The position numbers and the translations under genes are program-made. Under the pieces are notes generated by a model. It did not search any database. It was given only the letters and a program-made list of their open reading frames with translations, and was not told the DNA's origin. Below are positions 58,437 to 64,000 of a DNA stretch of 64,000 nucleotides, in pieces (the first letter of the stretch is position 1; every line of letters starts with the position of its first letter). The stretch comes from an uncultured Gemmatimonadales bacterium (GTDB taxonomy: Bacteria; Gemmatimonadota; Gemmatimonadetes; Gemmatimonadales; GWC2-71-9): positions 544,001 to 608,000 of the forward strand of contig CAVZZO010000001.1 of assembly GCA_963779755.1 (NCBI GenBank). Reading direction: 5' to 3'.

Positions 58437-59792
58437 TCAGGCCACCGGGGGCCCCGCGTCGGCGGCGGATTGCCCTGCTGCAACGGATCTCCGGGCACCG
58501 CTCCGCCCGCGGCCGGGATGCAGGACACGCAGGGTCTCCGTGTGCGGTTTCCCGTCCCGATCGCCAACCCTCTCAGCCAGATGGACGCGGTCGCCGCCGG
58601 CACGCTTGGCTGCGTAACAGGCGGCGTCGGCCGCCCCGAGAGCGGCGGCCACCCCCGACGCCGGGGCCACCGGGTGCAGGCCGATGCTGGCGGTCAGCGA
58701 AAAGGACCGGCCTTTCCATTCAAAGCGATGCCGTGCGATCGCGGCCCGCACGCTTTCCGCTGTCCGGATCGCTTCGATGACGGAACAGCCCGCCAGAAGG
58801 ACGCCGAACTCGTCGCCCCCCAGGCGCGCCAGGGTATCGCGTAACCGCATGTGGCCGCCAAGCAGCGCGCTGAGACTCTGGAGCACCCGGTCCCCCGCCT
58901 CATGGCCGCACAGATCATTGATCTGTTTGAAGTTGTCGAGGTCGAGGTACAGGAGCACTCGATTCGGCCCGGCCCCTGCGGCCGGGTCGGGCCGTACGCG
59001 AGCCAGCCGGCGCTCGAACTCCCGCCGGTTGACCAGCCCGGTCAGATCATCGTGGCTGGCTTCGAACTTCAGGCGATGCCCCACGCGGCGTCTTTCCCGT
59101 TCATCCCGGATGACGAGCACCACGCCCAGCGTGGCGCCGTCGCAGCTCCGGATAGGCGCCGCCGAATCGGAGATGGGCACCTCGCTGCCGTCGCGACGGA
59201 CCAGCAGCACGCCATCTTCCAGATCGACGGGGCGTTCCTCGCTCAGGCAGCGTGCAGTGGTGTCCGGGATCGGCTGCCGGCTGGACTCGGAGATGAGGAC
59301 CATGACCCCGTTCACCGGCTGGTCCAGCGCTTCGCTGCTGTCCCAGCCGGTCAGCCGCACCGCGGCCGGGTTGAGATAGGTGACGGCGCCGGTAAGGTCC
59401 GTCATGATGATGGCATCCCCCATCGATTCCAGAATCGCGCGGCCGGGAAGGGTAAGGTCGCGCAGGATCAACACGCGCTGCCCCGCGCCCCCTGCCTCCC
59501 AGAGCTGCCGGGTCAGCATCACCTGGAGGGTGGTCCCATCCCGCCGCCGGACGTCACACTCTACCGGTCCATCCCCCGGCCCGCCCGGCGATTCCCACGG
59601 CGCGTCGGGCCGCCGGTGCAGCCGCATGGGAATGAGCCGGCTCAGGGGGGTGCCGAGCAGTTCGCCCTCGGTCCAACCCAGGAGGCGCTGTGCCTCCGGG
59701 TTGAGCGCCAGCACCCGCTCCCGGCGGCTGACCAGGACCATGGCCTGGGTGGCCGCATCGTGGAGCCGGTGGAAAGCGCAAGCTGGAGACAA
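58437..59792 (-). CDS. PAS-PAS-GGDEF diguanylate cyclase
   Basis: Two PAS domains; HDDLTGLVNRR, DLDNFKQIND, ARLGGDEF; start uncertain. Confidence 0.9.
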   Translation of the reverse strand: MSPACAFHRLHDAATQAMVLVSRRERVLALNPEAQRLLGWTEGELLGTPLSRLIPMRLHRRPDAPWESPGGPGDGPVECDVRRRDGTTLQVMLTRQLWEAGGAGQRVLILRDLTLPGRAILESMGDAIIMTDLTGAVTYLNPAAVRLTGWDSSEALDQPVNGVMVLISESSRQPIPDTTARCLSEERPVDLEDGVLLVRRDGSEVPISDSAAPIRSCDGATLGVVLVIRDERERRRVGHRLKFEASHDDLTGLVNRREFERRLARVRPDPAAGAGPNRVLLYLDLDNFKQINDLCGHEAGDRVLQSLSALLGGHMRLRDTLARLGGDEFGVLLAGCSVIEAIRTAESVRAAIARHRFEWKGRSFSLTASIGLHPVAPASGVAAALGAADAACYAAKRAGGDRVHLAERVGDRDGKPHTETLRVLHPGRGRSGARRSVAAGQSAADAGPPVA

Positions 59793-59866
59793 CAGGCACC
59801 TCTGGCGTATCGGAGTGTTTCAGGGCCGTTCAACGCCGGCATGCGGCGTCCCTTCAACCCGACTAA

Positions 59867-59909
59867 AGTCTATCGGGCCGGGCCGCTGCGGACCATCGCT
59901 CATTGGGAT
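59867..59909 (-). promoter_or_regulatory. Putative LuxR box ATCCCAATGAGCGAT, 22 nt, then -10 TAGACT upstream of the diguanylate cyclase
   Basis: Read on the minus strand; same geometry as 57504-57546. Confidence 0.6.
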
Positions 59910-59989
59910 GATCGAGGGAGTAGTGCGAAGGAATGAACCCGGGGCCCCGGCCGGACCGAGCGGTGGCGGCTGCGCCCCTCCGGCCCGGC

Positions 59990-60391
59990 TCAGCCGGCGC
60001 CGGGGCCTGGGGGCAGCTGGTGCACCGTCAGCAGCATGTCGCTCGGTTCCAGCGCGCGGACCGAATGCGGCATCCCCGGCGCCAGGGCGAGGACGCTGCC
60101 GGCGCCCATCTCATGGGTTTCCTCGTCGGCGGCGACGCGGAGGCGCCCGCGCAGAACGTGCAACAGGACTTCCCCTTCCGCCTGATGCTCCTTGAGCAGC
60201 CCCTCACGATCGAAGGCGAACAGGATGACCGTGACGGGCCCGTGGCGGGCCACGGCCATCTGGCGATGCCCGTCAATGGCCGGATGCGGCTCGGCCCGCA
60301 GGGATGCAGCCATGGCGGCAAGGTCAATGACCTGAACCGGTGAGGCGAGTCGCTCGTCGGGATGCTCGCGGAGACGGCCGGGATTGTTCAT
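59990..60391 (-). CDS. Cupin domain protein
   Basis: LKEHQAEGEV..HVLRG, PHSVRA...MLLTV. Confidence 0.85.
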   Translation of the reverse strand: MNNPGRLREHPDERLASPVQVIDLAAMAASLRAEPHPAIDGHRQMAVARHGPVTVILFAFDREGLLKEHQAEGEVLLHVLRGRLRVAADEETHEMGAGSVLALAPGMPHSVRALEPSDMLLTVHQLPPGPGAG

Positions 60392-60521
60392 GGGAACCTG
60401 CCTGACTGTGGGCAAAGGACTCACCGACACCGATCCGTTGAGCCTAACCCTGAAGGCCGGGGAACTCCAGCCGCGGTGGAGGCTCCGGGGCGGGAGGAAG
60501 GCTGGCCGGCCGCCGGCCCGG

Positions 60522-61325
60522 CTAATCGGCCAGCAGGTGAGCGATATCGACGATGCGCCCGCGCCAGTAGGGCCGCCGGCCTTCGGGCAGCAGCCACGCC
60601 ACTTCGCCTTCCAGCGGGATGCGCATCCCGCTGCATTCCTGATGATCCCGAAATCGTCCTTCCCAGGGTGTGGGGATGAAGGCGCGACCTTCCATCCGGC
60701 CTCGGGCGTCGGCCCTGACCGTTTCGATCATACCCTCCTGATCGAAGCGGTACACCATGGTTACGGTGAGCAGGCCGTCCACCAGCGTAGCCTTCGCGGA
60801 GTGGTCGTTCACCGCCTCCCACCGAACGCCCTGGCTGGGCAGCAGCGCGGTCGGGTACCAGGCCGCCTCGGCCAGGAAGCGCAGCAGCTCGCCCCGGGCA
60901 AACTCCCCGGTCCCGTGCTGGTCGGCAACGGTAACGAGGCCCCCGAGAACCGCGTGCAGAATGCCCTCACCGGCTATATACGCGTCGTGCACCCGGACGC
61001 TCAGCCCGGGCATCATGCGGACCCGGGCACTCCAGTCGAACCCCGGGCGCCGGGTGATCACCAGCTGGTCGGACGAGAACGGCTTCCACCGGTCCTTCCG
61101 CGACCCCAGGTTGAAGGTGCCCCGGTGGTGAATGCGCACGCCGGCGACCATGGCCGCTCCAGGCCGGAGCACGAGGCGGAAATAGCGTTGCACCGGCGGC
61201 GGGAGACTCGCCCATTCCGCAGGGTCCACTACCCGCGGCTCCAGCGGCAGGCGGGCCGCCTCGAGCCTCTCGCGCAGGCGTTGATGAAGCCGCAGATTCC
61301 GCAACTGGATGGGAAAACCGGCCAA
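60522..61325 (-). CDS. DUF6544/DUF6920-like protein
   Basis: LPPPVQRYF, W..FSSDQ, GELLRFLAEAAWYPTALL, PTPW; start uncertain. Confidence 0.75.
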   Translation of the reverse strand: MAGFPIQLRNLRLHQRLRERLEAARLPLEPRVVDPAEWASLPPPVQRYFRLVLRPGAAMVAGVRIHHRGTFNLGSRKDRWKPFSSDQLVITRRPGFDWSARVRMMPGLSVRVHDAYIAGEGILHAVLGGLVTVADQHGTGEFARGELLRFLAEAAWYPTALLPSQGVRWEAVNDHSAKATLVDGLLTVTMVYRFDQEGMIETVRADARGRMEGRAFIPTPWEGRFRDHQECSGMRIPLEGEVAWLLPEGRRPYWRGRIVDIAHLLAD

Positions 61326-61338
61326 GGTCCTGCTCCTC

Positions 61339-61782
61339 CTATACTCCGATATCCTCGTTCCAGAGCCCGGGGTGCTCCCGGATGAAATCGTTCATGAGCG
61401 CGATGCACTCCGGGTCCTGCAGGATTTCGAGCTCGACTCCGCGCGACCGGAGCAGATCCTCCTCGCCCCGGAAGGTCCGGTTCTCCCCGATCACCACGCG
61501 CGGGATGCCGTAAAGCAGAATCGCACCGCTGCACATGGCGCAGGGCGACAGCGTGGTGTAGAGGGTACACTCCCGGTACACCGAGGCCGGGTGCCTGCCA
61601 GCCCGTTCCAGCGCGTCCATCTCCCCATGCCGGATCACGCTGCCGTCCTGCACCCGGCGGTTGTGCCCCCGGCCGAGGAAGGTCTCGCCGTGCACCAGCA
61701 CGGAGCCGATCGGAATCCCGCCTTCCTCCAGGCCCAGGCGGGCCTGGGCGATAGCCGCTTCCATGAACCGGTCCCGGCTCAT
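61339..61782 (-). CDS. Nucleoside/cytosine deaminase (CDA-fold, yeast Fcy1-like)
   Basis: EGGIPIGSVL, HGE, LSPCAMC, WNEDIG. Confidence 0.92.
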   Translation of the reverse strand: MSRDRFMEAAIAQARLGLEEGGIPIGSVLVHGETFLGRGHNRRVQDGSVIRHGEMDALERAGRHPASVYRECTLYTTLSPCAMCSGAILLYGIPRVVIGENRTFRGEEDLLRSRGVELEILQDPECIALMNDFIREHPGLWNEDIGV

Positions 61783-61817
61783 CTCGCGGCCCCCCGGCTG
61801 GTGGGCAATCGCCTCAT

Positions 61818-62630
61818 TCAGCGCAGCGCCTGCGCCAGCGCTTCCGGCCCGATGCCCCGGAAGATGGTGGCGTGGGTCAGGTCCGGCCGAGGCCGGTAGA
61901 CCCACTGGAGCCCGGCCGGCGGAGCGGTACGGAGCAGCTCGGCCAGGTGCGCCGTGGGCTTCGCGATCTCCGGCACATTCGAGCTGGACAGGAAGAGCGT
62001 CCGCGGCGCGGGGTCGAACGCCGCCAGGCCGGCCGCGGCCGAGTCCGCCAACGTCCCGCCGTTCCACCACAGGCTCGGGTCGAGCGCGACGTAATGGGTG
62101 AAGAGCGACGGCTCCTTGAGGAACGTCTCTACGATAAAGAGCCCGGCCAGCGACTCGCCCACGATGCTCCGTTCGGCAGTAGTGCGGTAGCGGGCGTCGA
62201 TCGCCGGGATCAGCTCCTCCCGGATGAACCGCCGGAAGTCCGCCGAATGCCCCGGGTTCGGCACGGCGACGGCCGCGCTGTCGGCGGCGAGAGTGGTGAC
62301 GGTGGTGAGGTCACGGCGGCGCTGGGTATTGGGGATCCCCACCACTATGACGGGGCGAATCTCCCCCAGGGCCGCCAGCGAATCCACCGTGTTGACCACA
62401 TGGGGGAAGTCCTCGTCGATCCCCCCGTCGGGCATGTAGAGCACGGGGTAGCGGGTCGTTCGCGAAGCGTCATAGCCCGCCGGCACATGCACGTTGATCG
62501 GCCGGGTCTCAGCCAGAACGCTCGACGCTATCGACAGCGTGTCGTGTGCGGGCACCCGGTCGGGGGGTGGAGTGGTCTGGGCGGCGAGCGGCGCGGCGGC
62601 GAGGAAGAGGGCGAAGCGGAAAGAGCGCAT
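61818..62630 (-). CDS. Exported alpha/beta hydrolase (IroE/BesA-like esterase)
   Basis: YPVLYMPDG, RRRDLT, GESLAG, DPSLWW, terminal H. Confidence 0.88.
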   Translation of the reverse strand: MRSFRFALFLAAAPLAAQTTPPPDRVPAHDTLSIASSVLAETRPINVHVPAGYDASRTTRYPVLYMPDGGIDEDFPHVVNTVDSLAALGEIRPVIVVGIPNTQRRRDLTTVTTLAADSAAVAVPNPGHSADFRRFIREELIPAIDARYRTTAERSIVGESLAGLFIVETFLKEPSLFTHYVALDPSLWWNGGTLADSAAAGLAAFDPAPRTLFLSSSNVPEIAKPTAHLAELLRTAPPAGLQWVYRPRPDLTHATIFRGIGPEALAQALR

Positions 62631-62685
62631 ACGAATCGAGGGACAGGGGACAAGGGACAAGGGAAGAGAGAGAGGGCCGGCGGCT

Positions 62686-63072
62686 TCAGCCGAGCCTGGC
62701 GCCGTGTTCCCGCAGCAGCTCGCGCAGCACGGAGCGGTGGCAGCGGTGTTCATCGGCGCAGTAACACCCTACCGACAGGTTGGTCCGGTGCGACAGGGCG
62801 GCGAGCAGCTCGAGGAGCCGCACCTTCGCCGGCGCCCGCATCTCGGCCCGGTAGCGCCGGACAAATGCCTGCCATTCCCGGTCGGTTTCGGCCTGCAAGG
62901 CCTGCTTCACCAGCTCGGCACTGGGCGCCAGGTCCGGCAGCCAGGTGTCGTACCAGTTGTCGGCGGCGTAGCGGTCCTTCGGCACGCCGCGCGGCGGCCG
63001 CCGGACGGTGCCGATCCGGAGTCCCTCGTCGCGGCCGCGGGCGCTACCCAGGCGCACCACCCGAAGCGTCAT
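62686..63072 (-). CDS. DUF488 family protein
   Basis: RIGTVRRPPRGV, LAPS, GCYC.DE..CHRS. Confidence 0.88.
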   Translation of the reverse strand: MTLRVVRLGSARGRDEGLRIGTVRRPPRGVPKDRYAADNWYDTWLPDLAPSAELVKQALQAETDREWQAFVRRYRAEMRAPAKVRLLELLAALSHRTNLSVGCYCADEHRCHRSVLRELLREHGARLG

Positions 63073-63770
63073 CCGGGGTCCGGCTCCCGCTGGTCGGGCG
63101 GCTGCCCGGCCTCCAATGCCACCCGCTCGGCGATGGCATCCATCTGCCGGCGGCGCAGCCGGGCCCAGGCCGGCAGCCGGATCGCACTGCCGGCGAACAG
63201 CCCCAGTCCCATGAGCCACAGCACCAGTGTTCCGGACAGTGAGTCCGCGAACTGGCCGGCGGCCGCACCGGCGAGAGTGGCCGCGCCGGCGATGCCGAGC
63301 AGGCCGGCGCCTGCGGTCATCCACAAGCGGGCATTGCCCTTTACCGTCCGGAGCCGCAGCTGCTGGCCCGTCGGGCTCGGCTCCAGCATGACCTGCAGGT
63401 TCCCGTTGGTCCACTGGCGCAGTGTCCCGTCGGCGCGCACCCTGCCGGCGGCATTGAAGACCTGGCGTAGCTCGACCACCAGCTGCTCCCATTCCGAGTC
63501 CGAGAGCCGCCGGTCGAGGGCCACGACGCGCTCGACTGCCAGGGGAAGGCCGAAGAACCGGCGCGAGACCATACCGCCCGGGCGCGGTTCGAGAGCAGCG
63601 GCGGCCCGGGCGATCGCCTCAGGCGCGATGCCGACCTCCCGCCCGATCTCCTGGAGGTCGGGCAGGGTCAGGCCGTCGGTGCGGGCACTCTGCGCCGGAA
63701 GTTGGGGCCCCTCGGCAGCCCGCTGGAAGATGGCCGCGATCTCGTCGTCGCTGTAGCGTCGGTCGGTCAT
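63069..63770 (-). CDS. Hypothetical membrane protein
   Basis: YSDDEIAAIFQRA...GLTL..LQEIGREVGI N-terminus; two TM helices near the C-terminus. Confidence 0.75.
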   Translation of the reverse strand: MTDRRYSDDEIAAIFQRAAEGPQLPAQSARTDGLTLPDLQEIGREVGIAPEAIARAAAALEPRPGGMVSRRFFGLPLAVERVVALDRRLSDSEWEQLVVELRQVFNAAGRVRADGTLRQWTNGNLQVMLEPSPTGQQLRLRTVKGNARLWMTAGAGLLGIAGAATLAGAAAGQFADSLSGTLVLWLMGLGLFAGSAIRLPAWARLRRRQMDAIAERVALEAGQPPDQREPDPG

Positions 63771-63819
63771 GGAGGGTGAAAATCGCCAGAAGAGGCGGGA
63801 TCGTGCAATCGTCGCGCCG

Positions 63820-64000
63820 CTAGAGGGTACCGCGGCGCGCCCATGACAGGGCGGGATGGAGCCAGGCGGCCCTGGGCACGAAAAAGGTGCCGTGGCCCAG
63901 GCCCAGGCTCAGCGCGATCTCCCGCGTCCTGGTGCCCGCTCCCGCGCGTTGAAACAACGGCGCGCAGGAGACGCCCAGCGAATCGCTGGTCTCATACATG
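63820..64000 (-). CDS. Partial CDS (3' end), probable alpha/beta-hydrolase-like protein
   Basis: Open frame from the window edge: YETSD...C...EIAL..GLGHGTFF.PR.AW. Confidence 0.55.
   Translation of the reverse strand, partial: MYETSDSLGVSCAPLFQRAGAGTRTREIALSLGLGHGTFFVPRAAWLHPALSWARRGTL

Noticed and set aside
1..64000. tRNA, rRNA, riboswitch or IS transposase
   Set aside because: No recognisable signatures were seen by eye; an Infernal/Rfam and ISEScan run would be needed to exclude them formally.

Overview
GC-rich bacterial chromosomal window, most consistent with a Gemmatimonadota-type genome. That assignment is inferred from gene content and repeat style, not from a marker gene. It holds about 55 genes, dominated by exported hydrolases and beta-propeller proteins (serine hydrolase, GH29, two M1, S9 and M61 peptidases, VPS10/BNR, two SMP-30, HAF, FG-GAP, YncE, choice-of-anchor B). 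It also has a PQQ dehydrogenase, a multicopper oxidase, an Ada-AlkA fusion, an RND efflux operon with an OmpR/HK pair, lspA, a Rieske oxygenase and a LuxR-associated cluster of small proteins. I found no rRNA, tRNA, CRISPR-Cas, integrase, transposase or reverse transcriptase. The most unusual observations are: (1) a MITE/REP-like element with two 99-bp direct repeats that enclose an internally deleted copy of the neighbouring Rieske gene's 3' end; (2) a four-domain multicopper oxidase whose copper motifs are in reversed order; (3) a CCnnTGnnCGAT box with a fixed-distance -10 element at three promoters around the luxR gene; (4) identical GTCA-N7-GTCA-N12-TAGnTT promoters upstream of the RND operon and its regulator, plus a 17-aa uORF coupled to tolC; (5) a decayed duplicate of a BTAD regulator/SMP-30 unit; and (6) several families of intergenic palindromic and short tandem repeats. 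All product calls come from motif recognition by eye, with no database searches.
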